A stretch of DNA of 62,710 nucleotides, the filler included, from Phoronis australis (lineage: Eukaryota; Animalia; Phoronida), in assembly GCA_002633005.1 (NCBI GenBank). It is 3 parts of 3 records of this genome, joined end to end, with 100 filler letters (N's around TTAATTAATTAA, not from the genome) between each part and the next. Parts side by side here need not be neighbours in the genome. Positions count along the whole stretch, not along the records: positions 1 to 28,008 come from NMRA01001308.1; positions 28,109 to 50,493 come from NMRA01000060.1; 1 more part is not named here. One strand, 5' to 3'. Of the stretch, positions 25,969 through 39,100 are shown one piece after another. Position 1 is the first letter of the stretch, and the number at the start of each line of letters is the position of its first letter. Under the pieces are notes generated by a model. It did not search any database. It was not told where the DNA came from and worked only from the letters and a program-made list of their open reading frames with translations. The position numbers and the translations under genes are program-made.

Positions 25969-28008
25969 GTTTTCGTCAATTGACGAAAAACCGCGCACGT
26001 CTTTGCCCTACCTCGAAAAACCGAGAATTTTACGGAGATTCTGCCTCCTCACTTCATGAGTCTATTGCGGGAAAACTAACCGCTGAAAAAAATCAATGCC
26101 CTTTCGTTCCTAGGTCCTCTGGCCCTCCCTCAGTCGAGGAAAAGAAAAAGATTGACTTTCAACGGTTGAGTTTCCGTCAATCGGCGCAAAACCGCGCATG
26201 ACTTTGCCCTACATCGAAAAACCGAGAATTTTACGGAGATTGGGCTTCCTCACTTCAAACGTCTAATTGCCAGAAAACTAACCGTTGAAAATCAATGCCC
26301 CTCCGTTCCTAGGTTTTCTGGCCCTCCCCCAGTAAAGGAAGAGAAAAAAAATTGACTTTCAAAGGTTGAGTTTTCGTCAATGGGCGCAATAACCCCACTA
26401 CTTTGCCCAACCCCGAAAAACCGAGAGTTTTACGGAGCTTCCGCCGTCTCAATTCAAACGTCTATTGCCGTAAAACTAACTGTTGAAAATCGATGTCCCT
26501 CCGTTCCTAGGTCCTGTGGCCCTGCCCCAGTAAAGGAAAAGTAAAAAAATTGACTTTCAACGGTTGGGTTTTCGTCAATCGGCGCAAAACCCGCACGAAT
26601 CTGCCCAAACCCGAAAAACCGAGAATTTTACGGAGATTCCGCCTCCTCAATTCAAACGTCTATTGCCGCAAAATTAACCGTTGAAAATCGATGCCCCACC
26701 GTTCCTAAGTCCTCTGGCCCCCCTTATTGGAGAAAAGAAAAAAATAACTTTTAACCGTTGGGTTGGGCGCAAAATCCCGCGCGACTTTGCCCTATCCCGA
26801 AAAATCGACAATTTTACGGATATTACGCACCCTCAAATCAAACGTCTATTGTAGGAAAACTAACACTTGAAAGTCGATGCATCTCCGTTTCTAGGTCCTC
26901 TGGCCCTCCCCCAGTAAAGAAAAACAAAAAGAAAAAACTTGACTTTCAACGGTTGGGTCTTCGTCAATCGGCGCAAAACCCGCACGACTTTGTCCTACAT
27001 CGAAAAACCAAGAATTTTACTGAGATTCCGTCTCCTCATTTCAAACGTCTATTGCCGGAAAACTAACCGTTGAATGTCGATGCCCTTTCGTTCCTACATG
27101 TAGGTCCTCTGGCCCTTCCTCAGTAAAGGAAAGGAAATAAACTTGACATTCAACTGTTGGGTTTTCGTCAATGGTTGCAAGACCCCTCACAACTTTGCCC
27201 TACCCCAAAAAATCAAGAATTTAACGGAGATTCCGCCTCCTCAATAGAAACGTCTATTGTAGGAAAATTAACCGTTGAAAGGCGATGCCCCTCCGTTCCT
27301 ACATGTACGTCCTCTGGCCCATCCTAAGTAGAGGAAAAGAAATATATCCGACATTTAACAGTTAAGTTTTCGTCAATTGACGAAAAACCGCGCACGTCTT
27401 TGCCCTACCTCGAAAAACCGAGAATTTTACGGAGATTCTGCCTCCTCAATTCATGAGTCTATAGCGGGAAAACTAACCGCTGAAAAAATCGATGCCCTTT
27501 CTTTCCTAGGTCCTCTGGCCCTCCCTCAGTAGAGGAAAAGAAAAAGATTGACTTTCAACGGTTGGGTTTCCGTCAATCGGCGCAAAACCGCGCACGACTT
27601 TGCCCTACATCGAAAAACCGAGAATTTTACGGAGATTCCGCTTCCTCACTTCAAACGTCTATTGCCGGAAAACTAACCGTTGAAAATCGATGCCCCTCCG
27701 TTCCTAGGTTTTGTGGCCCTCGCCCAGTAAAGGAAGTGAAAAAAAATTGACTTTCAAATGTTGGGTCTTCGTCAATCGGCGGAAAAACCCCACGACTTTG
27801 CCCAGCCCCGAAAAACCGAGAGTTTTACGGAGATTCCGCCTCCTCAATTCAAAAGTCTATTACCGGAAAATTAACCGCTGAAAATCAACGCTTCTCCGTT
27901 CCTAGGTCCTCTGGCCCACCCTTAGTAAAGAAAAGAAAAAAAATGACTTTTAACCGTTGGGTATTCCTCAATGGGCGCAAAATCCGCACGACTTTGCCCT
28001 ATCCCGAA
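25969..28008. repeat. ~197-bp satellite, right block (runs into a gap)
   Basis: About 10 monomers in the same orientation as 21308-22498. Confidence 0.95.
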
Positions 28009-28108
28009 NNNNNNNNNNNNNNNNNNNNNNNNNNNNNNNNNNNNNNNNNNNNTTAATTAATTAANNNNNNNNNNNNNNNNNNNNNNNNNNNNNNNNNNNN
28101 NNNNNNNN

Positions 28109-28783
28109 ACGCTAAAGCGGCTTATGACATGTTAGTTGATTTAGATAGGAATGGAAGAAATACTTGGGTATCTTCTGTTAGACAATTGCTATCAAAATAC
28201 GGTTTTTATCAAATTTGGTTGAATCAAGGTGTCACGTGCGAAGTCTCGTTTTTAAGTTTCTTCGCGCAAAGAGTTAATGACTGTTATGAGCAAGGTTGGC
28301 GATCAGAAATTGAGCATAATGCAAAACTTAAATTCTACTCTAACTTTAAGACTCTGTACTGTTTTGAACCATATCTTAAGTTACCGCTACACAATAGTCT
28401 TATTCAAGCGTTTACTCGTTTACGTTGCTCCAACCACAGACTACAAGTGGAAGTGGGTAGACACGAGAAAGTGGAATATTACAATAGATTATGTATGGCT
28501 TGCAATGATGGTCTTGTAGAGGATGAATACCATTTCCTGTTGGTTTGCAAGGGATATTGTGAACTTAGGTCACGTTTTATGAAGGAAGTTCAATGGAGGC
28601 ATCCAACTCAAGAATCCTGTATACGCCCGCTCGCTCATCCAGCTGTTAAATATGTGTATTTTGCCCTTAAAGACGAGAACAACTTTTAAATGGGTTGACT
28701 GATTGTGCAAATGTGCCTGATTAATTGTTTTGTTTATTGTACTTCGGGCCAGAGGCCTTCAATACAAATAAACGTATTATTAT
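28109..28783 (+). mobile_element. RTE-X-like LINE 3' end (ORF2 C-terminus and tail)
   Basis: ORF 28129-28689 contains FTRLRCSNHRLQVEVGR...RLCMAC...VEDEYHFLLVC (zinc-knuckle region); AATAAA and a (TAT)n tail follow. Confidence 0.8.
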
Positions 28784-28907
28784 GAGAACTTCAACACCTC
28801 CGTTAGTCGTCAGGTGTCAGGTAACGCAACCGAACATGCCGTTATCGAGTAGAACTACTCGATCTAAATTGATACAAAATAGGTTGTGTTTTGGGTGGCA
28901 TTCTCCT
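28784..28907 (-). mobile_element. Kolobok-like transposon end, truncated by the LINE
   Basis: Ends GGTGGCATTCTCCT + TTAA; reverse complement matches 32003-32120, including the hairpin ATCGAGTAG..CTACTCGAT. Confidence 0.75.
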
Positions 28908-29084
28908 TTAACGATTTCAGCTCGTTTTAGAGACAAACTCAAAGACTTTAGAGTCATCCTGCTCCTCAATATTGTGAATATTTTCATTTCGAACATTCTG
29001 ACACCTGCAAGTCAACGCCTCCTGCAGCCTTCTCCATGCTTCTGGCCAGGTGTTCTGCGTAGAAGGAGTTTGTGTTTGGTTGCC

Positions 29085-29590
29085 TGAAACCTACTTTATA
29101 AACAAAGGATGTGAAGGTATGAAAGCAAGTGTACAGTCCTGTGTAAATCTTCTTATGAAATACTGATGTTACCACTGAGGTACCATCACGCTCCACTAAC
29201 ACTTCCAGAAATAGCAAAATGTTGTCTACCTCTAATTCTATACTGAATTTAAAGTTAAGATGCCTCGAGTTTAAATACACCAAAAATTGCTGGGCTGACT
29301 GCTGATTTTCAAATGTACAAAACACATCATCTACATATCGTTGATAGAAAGAAACACACGGGCCAGTGTACCTCTCAATCCATGTTTTCTCACGGTGACC
29401 TAAAACATGCCGGCTAGTATGGGAGTCAAAGGTGAACCCATTGCTATGCCATCAATTTGGTTAAAAAACTCCTCATTAAATACAAAATGGGTTTTGCTGA
29501 TGGCAAATTTGAATAGCTGCGTGAGTTCAGCTCGAGTAATCTTTACACTGGGATGGTTTTTTATACAGTATGAATTTAATATGAATTTAA
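29085..29590 (-). mobile_element. Penelope-like reverse transcriptase fragment
   Basis: HFVFNEEFFNQIDGIAMGSPLTPILA...YQRYVDDVFC...LNSRHLNFKFSIELE...TSVFHKKIYTGLY, broken by a frameshift. Confidence 0.88.
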
Positions 29591-32002
29591 TTTTTGTGTT
29601 TGGTGGTGCATCACCACCTAAAAAGGCTGTCACAGTTAGTGACAGATTATTCATGCATTATGCGTACTAAATTGCCGCCATATGTAATGAGGTTTCCTTG
29701 GAAACTCGCCCAAATTAAAAAATAATATTAAATAATACAGTAATTCTAATATGACAAACACAAACGGGTGAGAATTACGAGATGCTTAAATCTTAGGAAT
29801 ATATTTTAACTAACGAACTTCACGCTATCTACCAAACTGGTGAATGTAACGGCCGGAATGAGGTCTCTACGACATAAATTTGGTTACTTATTACAAAATA
29901 CAAATAAACGTATTCATAAATTTGCTCCCCACGCAACTGTATCAGAAAATAAATAAATCTTACATGACCCAAAGTTCAAAAACTGAGAATAAACACATAA
30001 CTATTAGTTGCAGATATAATTTCTGTTAGTAACAGTTACCAATTTATTAAATTTTATTAATCAAAACTGGAATTTAATGCGCTAGTAAGTACGTGGCAAA
30101 AACCTTTTTCAGCGTTGTGAGAGCGTAAGACCAACTTCTGTTTAATCTTCGAGACCCTTTTATGAAACAGGACCGATTGCGTGATTCTCTAGGGGGTATT
30201 ACAAGGCATTAATAAAAGAAACGTTCCTAAAACAGCCCCATCGACTTACCAAGGCATCTAACTACTGTCAAGTTTTCATATTTTCTTTATCTAGACAGTA
30301 CATGTCAACTAGCACAAAAAGGCAAAGTGGCAATGTACGTGTCAGGGGGTTCTTAAGGCATGAATAAGTTTATTTTTATTTTACAAGCTCGTTGATTGCA
30401 GGTATGTTTTAATGTAATTTCATCGTTAACGGTTCTGTCAAGTGATATCGAAAGCTCCACGAAAAACTCTCAAAAGTTATTTCTAATTGACATACTTGGT
30501 GTGTCACTATAATTCATTTGGAGGCGCAGCACTGAAATAAGTGCCCCCTATGGTGCGCGTTAGCAATACTTACATGATATAAACGCGCGAAACTAACTTA
30601 TTAATGCCTATATCAGCTGTAAGCCATCTGTTTTCCTATCATCTTTAAACCAGGGATAGCAGACGGCCGGAAAGGCATGGTCTTCACAATCATTTTATCC
30701 GCAGGATTACTAATCAGAAAATGTTACCACTTAAGACAAGGCATGTTATAGGAATGTTGCTGTCACGATCTCTATTCTGTATTTATCGTCGCATTATTAT
30801 AGATATATCGTGTAAATCGCGTTCCTTTCTGTAATTTAAATGCTGTCAATAGTAACAAAACTATTTCTTCAAACTGACATGATGTGATTCAATTATTATT
30901 TTCATAATGGCAAGGTCGAGAGCAGTAGAAATATTGTTAAACAAAAAGGCTAAGTCCGGGAGTTTCTACATAAAGATAAGTAGATATAAAGGGGTTTACT
31001 TATTTAAAAAAATGCCAGAATCCCAAGATAAAAATATAACATCGTCACTCGATCGTTAATCGTTCCCTTTTTTATATATTAAACATATCCTGGAAAATCT
31101 AAATTATCCATTTCAGTCGAGCGTTCGCAAATGCCGCCGATCGACGAAAGCATATAAATCCATTTTACAGAAACGTACGAGTGGAGTCGACCTGCCTATC
31201 ATAAACTCCTAAGTTTGCCCACAGGAAATGTTTGGAAAATGAATGAATTGTGTTAAGTAACTGGCGGAAATAATATGTAGGTTGACGAGCAAACTATTGA
31301 TATTCATGACATTAACTACATTTTCCCAAGCATAAAAGCGAAAAGTAAAAACGTCGCTATGAAATCCCAAAACGCTAGGGACCTGATTGCGTCGCCTAAA
31401 ATCGACTTGGTGATTATTTTTTAATGTTACCGTGTACTTTGGAGTGTTGCGGAAATCGGAAGGTAGCCACCATTGTGCTCATTCGGCTAGTAATGCCTAC
31501 TGCGTGTAAACTCTAGTCAAATCTTACTGTAGATATCCATAAAATTGTAACAATGTAATTCGAACTGCGATGTACCTGCATCCGGTGGCTACCTAACGTA
31601 ATTATTAGATATGTCGACATTTGGAAAAAAACTAATACGTCTATAAATTAATGAGTCGGATTTCACGTTTTTTCTTATTGTCGAACTCGATAGGAGGGTT
31701 AAATCGTGTCTTAAACAGTACAGTCTCGTAAATGGCCGCTAAAATTTCAAACCACCCTTTTGCGCTTTTCTGGAGGTTTGAATGGGCACATGTCTAGTCC
31801 GAAGGTTCGGTAGTTCGACAACAAAAGTGGATGTATCTACACTTCGAAGTTTCTGTAGTCTGAATGTTCTTAAGTTTGTTCTATTACATGTTAGGAGAAA
31901 AGATTCTCGGGACAATAGAGACCTCTACTTTTTTGTACTTTTTGGATTATCGAACCTTAATTCAGACTTCTGTGCCCGGCTGCATGGAACTAAGTTCCAT
32001 AA

Positions 32003-33196
32003 AGGAGAATGCCACCAAAACCACGTATTTTGTATCAATTTAGATCGAGTAGTTCCACTCGATAACAAAAAGTTCAGTTCTTTTGCCTGACATCAGAACG
32101 CAGACGGAGGTGATGAAATTTAACAATGACTTCACAGGTTCTAACACAGTCTGTTCAACAGTTCACAACACGCTTACTCAACAGAACGGGCGTCTTTCCA
32201 GTTAATTACATGATTAAAGCCAAGATCATGATCAGTCACTGCAGATTTGTTAATAGTATTCTGAGACCATCTCCTCACTGACTCTACGCAGTGACTGATC
32301 ATGCTCTTGGCTTTAATCATGCAATTAACTGGAAGGACGCCCGTCCTGTTGAAGCGGAAAAAAACACAATATCCAGACGAATATGAAAGTCTATTTGGAT
32401 CAGAAAAGTGGCTCTGTTATGAACAGGGACGATNGTTATCTAAGATTTGGAACAGTTTCATCACCACGCCACCTAGTGTCCAATAGCTTCCGAAGGTGGC
32501 TGCTGTGAGTAGGTTGTGTAAATAAGACTTAATCTATGTGTACTCTACCAACCTTATCAAACTATTTAGTGACAGAGCATATAATGTCGAGTTATTATTT
32601 TACAACACCTTTCTGTTGGCTGACACTGAATTAGCATGCGCTCACACGACCTCAGGTGCCAGGTCAATTAGCCTTATTGCATCTGAAACCGGTATCGCAG
32701 AATGATTTATTCAGTGTTGGTTTCTCGAAACATTTGCACTCACGAGCACTCCAAAGGCATTACAAATTGTATCTACCGAGACACTTTGTTTCAGTTTTAT
32801 TAAACATTGGTTAGGGTGAGAATAACTCATTTGGATAGAGAACAATACCGGCCACAGACACGGAGATCTTTCACGGCCTCATACTTGGTACTAACGGCGT
32901 GCCTTTCATTCTTTACTGCGGCGAACCACTTCCTAAGCATTTCAGGGTTTTGAGAAAATCGAAAAAAATGATATACCCGCTTTTCTCGCAGCCTGATGGT
33001 TCGCCCAAGCGAGAACGATACACCACACCATAGCGGCACACACTCAGCTGAAGAACCACTGACGTCGCTGTGTCGTGTATTCACCTTCCTCACCGGTTAA
33101 CGCGACTCGGTGAGATGAGATCGACCGTGTGCGAAGTGATGTGAATACAGACCGATTAAGACGTTAAAAAATAAATAAATCGGGTGGCATTCTCCT
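32003..33196 (-). mobile_element. Non-autonomous Kolobok-like element with THAP remnant
   Basis: TIRs AGGAGAATGCCACC / GGTGGCATTCTCCT; flanks ATAA and TTAA; - strand FFRFSQNPEMLRKWFAAVKN...LRVCGRY resembles a THAP zinc finger. Confidence 0.8.
32178..32352. repeat. 65-bp-arm inverted repeat with 45-nt loop
   Basis: 32178-32242 pairs with 32288-32352 with 4 mismatches. Confidence 0.92.
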
Positions 33197-36100
33197 TTAA
33201 ATCTATTGCGTATTTGCGGTCTTGTGAAAACATTGATTGTCCTTTTTTATACTGGGGGCGGTGCAGCGCTGAAAAAATACAGGGCCATAGCCCCCAACCC
33301 CCTATGGTGCGCCACCAATGTTATTAAATCAATTTTTGGATTTGATACAAATCGAGAGTGAACTCTACCTTGAATTCTCAATATTACTGAAAATAATCAG
33401 GGCTCTTTTCATGCAACGCTCCTAATTTAAGAACTAACTACCTAAATATATTGACTGAATTAAAGACATAGTTTGACACCAAAACAATTGCTTTTAACAA
33501 AAAAGGGTAGCACTGTATGAATCTGTTGCACGTGAAATACTTCATGTTCACTTTCAGGTACGTCTTATTTTGCTGCGACGCGTCCAGAGACTCTTGATCG
33601 CACCGACAGATGGTGCTCAGAGACGTAGAACATGGCAATAGTGGTATCATCAAGCTTGTTCCAAACAACAAGAACTGATTTGTTGGAAACGCCGTAGAAA
33701 AGGATTAAATTATGTATTAGCACACTCCGAGATATTTCATTCGCGTTATATCTAAGTTTCCATTCACTCACTTGCATATATTCGTTAGTGAGACTGAGCA
33801 CAGAGGAGCAGGAGCAGTGCTGTAGTGGGGCGTAGGCGCACGTAGGCGCACGTAAGCGCAGGCAACCACCTTTTGGAATTTGAACGTAGCGCCTACGCAT
33901 CGTAAGTTACGTTCAGTACTCAAGGCCTTTTGGCGCCTACTTACCTCTAATTTTACCACTACAGCACTGAGTAGGAGACACCTTTGTGCAATGCTCGTTT
34001 GTCAGCCAGTAAAGACCGGAGTCGAACACGGGCCTTCCAAGCAGCATCACAAACCAATCAGTCACGGCTCCTCTAGAAAAGGATGACGTTGACGAAGAAG
34101 TTAAGATCAGCTTTATGATAAAATTTAACCACAGATTACAGACAACTATAGTCTATGATTGAACTAAAGCTCTATTCAAATTGCCGTCTCCCCAAGACAT
34201 GATGGCGATATTTCATTTAAGTTCTAACATCACAGCTTGTCCGGAAACCACAATGATTTTTCAAACTGAGTAATGATGACAAATAGATCACTGCACGTTC
34301 GTTTAATCAACACCAGGTCTTTAATTAAGTGAATAGTGTCGTATCGTATACCAATGTTGACAGGAAAATCTGTTTTGCAAGTCCTATAGCTCTAAGATGT
34401 CAGTTTCGCCTTACACTCGATTGCCTGGGCGTTGATTTGTTGCGTTTCTTATGAGAGGAAATTCTTAAGTTATTTGAGATGTTTACGCTACACTGAGTTG
34501 TGGTTTTAAATAAACTTCCAGTTAAAAAATGATTGTTTTCTACTTATAATAGGTGTTTATTTTATCGACTGATACGGCCGTCATTTCAACAAAAGTGTTC
34601 TTGCAAAGTTTTACATTGGCGGAAAACAGCAATACGCAGCTGCCACTTAATATGCTATCAGTGGCGCATAAAGAAACACGTTTAACGCTGATCCAAGGAG
34701 GGNGATATCAAATCTATAATTTCCAAATTGTCGACCTGGACCCCTTCCTGAAAAATCCTTGATCCGACCCCCCTATTAAAAATCCTGGATCCGCCTGTGG
34801 TTCTGTGTATTAAATTCTTTATATTAGGAAGCGTTTTGTCTTGAGCAAGAATTGATTAACTCTAAGTGCAACGTTGAGACAGTCTCACAAGAATAGTTCC
34901 CACGTGCAAAGTGTTTATCCTGCAACAGGGCTATTGATATCCTAAAATCTATAACAAACTGGTCAGTTTTCGTTTCGGTGGAGCAATCCTTCTTTCTTAC
35001 TGAGGAAGCAATGCCTCTAGGTACGCATGTTTTTGATTTGCACGTTTCAATGTCAGTGCTGAGACACCATATAAATTTCAACACCTAGCTTACAATATCG
35101 TACATACATCAATTTATAATTGTCTGAGTTTTTGTAATAATGCGCGCACCTTTTTATACACTCAAGTGGATACAGTGGTAATGTACATGTAAGTATCCCA
35201 CGAATTACTTAGTGTTGCCCTTAGAATTATTTCGCTTTCATGTAAAGATCTGATTACAGGTTCCTCTAACGTAAATACGTGTCTCACCTACTAGACTGAA
35301 TGGATTATTTTTAACAGCAGTAATCCTAATGTATAGTTCAGGTGATTTGATGTCTGATGGCTGCCATACGCAAAACATTCAAGAACTTCGAGCTTGTCAA
35401 ATACCACAAATTTCCACCAATAAAGCTTATCCAAATTTATTTTTTCTTAGGAAACGTCACTTCGAGGTATGCAATATATGACCTTTGCAACACGGGCTAT
35501 TATGCTTTGTTATATAATCCAATATTTTCATGGAGATGTTTTAGTCTCTCAATACTTTACTAATTGCCATAGTACAGATCATTGCTAATTGGCTGAACAC
35601 AAGAAAATATCAAAGGGCATCGTATCCGAAGAAATAGTATGGCTTTAAAGTCGAACACAGGGAATTTTGCGGCAGAATTTTGAAGAAAAAAACTAAAATG
35701 CCTTTATTTTCTTTATTCCACTCAGCTAAAAAAGATAATTTTTACTTGAATTTTCTGGTGGTGCAAGCGGTCGACATTTTTAAATAGTACATGATTGTCA
35801 CGAATAATTTTAAATGCTGATGTTTTGCATAATGAGTACATGGTTTTCCCTTATTTAGCGTTGCGTTTGTCCACATTGTATTCCAAAGAAATGTTGTTTG
35901 AAGAAAATTGTAATGGCATAATTGACTTACTGGGCTTTCCTAGAAACTTGTGCTTATAGTGACAAACTTTCCATTGAACTGTACTGATTCAGGGTCCGTG
36001 TGAGGTTTAATCTAGACACTTATAAACTATTTTTCACCTAACGTTGTATAACTCCTCATTATCTAGTGGCTTTCCTAAGGATTAACAATGAATATATTTT

Positions 36101-39100
36101 ATGCCTAATAGTGTACACCTTCAAGCACACCAGATCAACCAGTTCTGCAAACAAAAAGTTGTGGAAGGCAAGAGGGATCCACGTCACCGTGAAAGTAAGG
36201 AAGATGCAGAGCTCAATAGTTTAACCAGGACGTACAAGTCAACAGTCTTCTGATCACAAAATGTATTACTCTAGGTATGAAGCCCTTGGGTGATTTCAAT
36301 GAAAAGTCCGAGTCATTCACTGGTTGTCTTTTTTCATGTCGGCAAATAAATCCTACAGTTGTCACAGATAAAAGCTTTAGTGTTTAATAAATTTTTCTCA
36401 GTAGTGTGAATGTAGTCAATGAATTACTGTCACTTTAGGGTCGAACAATCGCATGAATGAGAGCAAGAATTGAGAGACCTACTGTTGGATGTCTCCATGC
36501 GAGAACCTAGACTAGTGTTTAGGCTACCAGAACTCACTTCATTAGATCATTACCCAGCACCATCAGAAGTTCCATCATGGTGCCCTCGTCACAGTTGTCA
36601 AGAAATGCCAACTGAAAGAGAAACTATGCTGTGGGAACCAAGCTGCTAACTGCGTCTCATTATCACCCGTAAGTATTCACTAGTCCGTTGTTTAAAAATT
36701 GACTCACTACAAAGTTTTTAGTACAGAATTCACAAATCAGTGGGAAACATTTTACAAAATCGTCTAGCAGTCTTTTTGAATGCCTGACCTTTTCCCATGT
36801 TTAAAGTGGGTCATATTCATATTACCAGGACTGCAGACTCCTATAACTACTTTGGACTAGTTTAGAGTCTCCAAATGATTTAAACAGATGTACAGCCACA
36901 TAATTCAAATAACTTTTTAAAGAAAACCACACTTTTTGCCAAGTAACTAAAATCAAATCTGTGTGGCAAATACCACCCAAAACCAACCAAACGTCAATTT
37001 ACAAAAGTGGTGAGTTCATAGTCTGCATTACTGAAAGAAATTCAATACATTTTGACTGTCCAATACAGGATGACAACCCCTCACCAACCAGTTGTTGCAT
37101 ATACTTCATTTATAAGAAACACATGTTACTACTCAAATCCTTATCAAATCTGCAATAATGCTGAAACAACATTAAAATATATTTTACCAGTGCTTTAAAG
37201 ATTTCCGAATGTTTTGCCTGAATGAAGGTGTACTTGACTTAGAGAGACAAACTGCAACCAAATGATGTGATGGCACTGAGGACAAAGACCAATACGAATG
37301 CGTCTAACCGACGTCAGGAATACAGAAATTTTATCTTGTGGCACCATGGACATCTTGGGAGACTTACAGGCTGCATAGATGACTGAGCATTGGATGATGG
37401 TATTTTGATGTAACCTGCTTGTGCACAATTGTTACTGTTTCTGTGAGATGAAAGCAATTCACTGTTATTGCTAAAATAGATTGAACTTTTCAAAACTATG
37501 TTTCATACCTAGACTAGGGACGAAGAGTCCAAAACGTAAACTTCACTTAAAAGGATACCAAGCCCGGTTTTGGCCTATTAAAAGATAACAAAAGCGACAT
37601 TCGCATCCAGTTCTTTGCAACAAAATAATGGTCTGTAACCTTTGACAACCCTCAAAACTTTGAAGGAAAATTTGAGATTTTTTCAAGGTCTTCTAAACGG
37701 TCAAAGCGTGACCTACACTTCTAGCGAATTACACGCAACAGTGGGAAAATACCACCGAACAAGGAACACGATGTTTAATTTGTGAGATAGGGGTATGAGT
37801 TTTTGGTTGAATCCTGCTTTTGTCTTTCAGCGATTGACGCCAATGATGCATTATCAGGTGACAGAATGATTTGACGAAATTATCAAAAACAGGGTTTAGC
37901 ATCCTTTTGGTTGTTTGGCCATGGCCCATTATCAAAAGTCACAACATTTTCCGATATAATGTTCCATAGCATTTGCAATGACGCGAGTAATCTGCTACTC
38001 ATATAACGCACCTTACTTACAAACAGAACTTAAAACCCAACATCGCAGCCATTCAAAAATACAGCAATGTTCAACACCATCCCCCTCAAATTCAAGGAGT
38101 CTAATTGCAGTTTTTTAATGAATGTGAATTTCCAAAGCATTAAAACACCACTGAAAAAATCATACTTAATTACATGTCACACAGAAGCTTTATGGTGAGC
38201 CTTGACAGCCAAAAGTACGTCTACTAATATCTGCCTCTCAATGACCCACCTGCAGACAAATCACAGATTGTACACATTTGGGTGATAAATATTAAGAATC
38301 AAGAAAAACCATCCAATGGTAAATCCAAATTAAAACAGGCAATACCAGTACCAGTTGTACATGTATCTTACTCACCATGTAGAAAGTGTCACTGTAAACC
38401 AAAAAGAAATTGTTTGCACAAAGCTAAGTGTGGCGTACAACGCAAAATGCGATTCGGCTATGTAGAAAGAGTTGGTTCGTTGGAACAGATATAAACAACG
38501 AGGTTGAGTCTAACTTGTTATAAACTGCTGATCGTGATACAGAACAAACTCACTATCAGTTCGGAATGACAACTAAAACTTGTACTGCTTGAATGAAAGA
38601 AATATATATATATAGACTAGCGATACTAGAATCAACCAATCAAATAAGATGTACAAATAAGGGATGCACTGTGTTCAAAATCAGTTCTAAGAATATGAAA
38701 CATTACTAAAATTTTACTAGATCCCTTCTCTGAGAAAGTGGAATTAAAAAACAATAACAGAAAGTTATGTAGTACGATGACTAAACCAAGATGATGCTAA
38801 AACACAATAACACATTCTGCGACACCAAGGTTCAGGGCTTAGAATGACCAATGACAAAAGAGAGGAAAAGTTTCCAGGTGATGTACTGTATCGTTCCACA
38901 AATAGACTTGTTTGTAGAATTTCTTTGTGTTGTAAAATGTAATTGAAATGAAATTTTTTTGCACAAATAAATAATGAGGAGACAAAAAAGAGGGAGCTAG
39001 AAATCAAATAAGAGGAAATTGAAATCCAAAAAGAGGAAATCTTCTTAAAAGAAGGAGATTCCAAGCCCTGAAAGTTGCAACTACACAAACTGTCCATGGC

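Noticed and set aside
19851-27750. Many short similar ORFs in the satellite
   Set aside because: Chance frames of tandem monomers with inconsistent indels.
28009-28108. TTAATTAATTAA between N runs (also 50494-50593)
   Set aside because: Artificial scaffolding linker with stops in all frames; adjacency across these joins is also uncertain.
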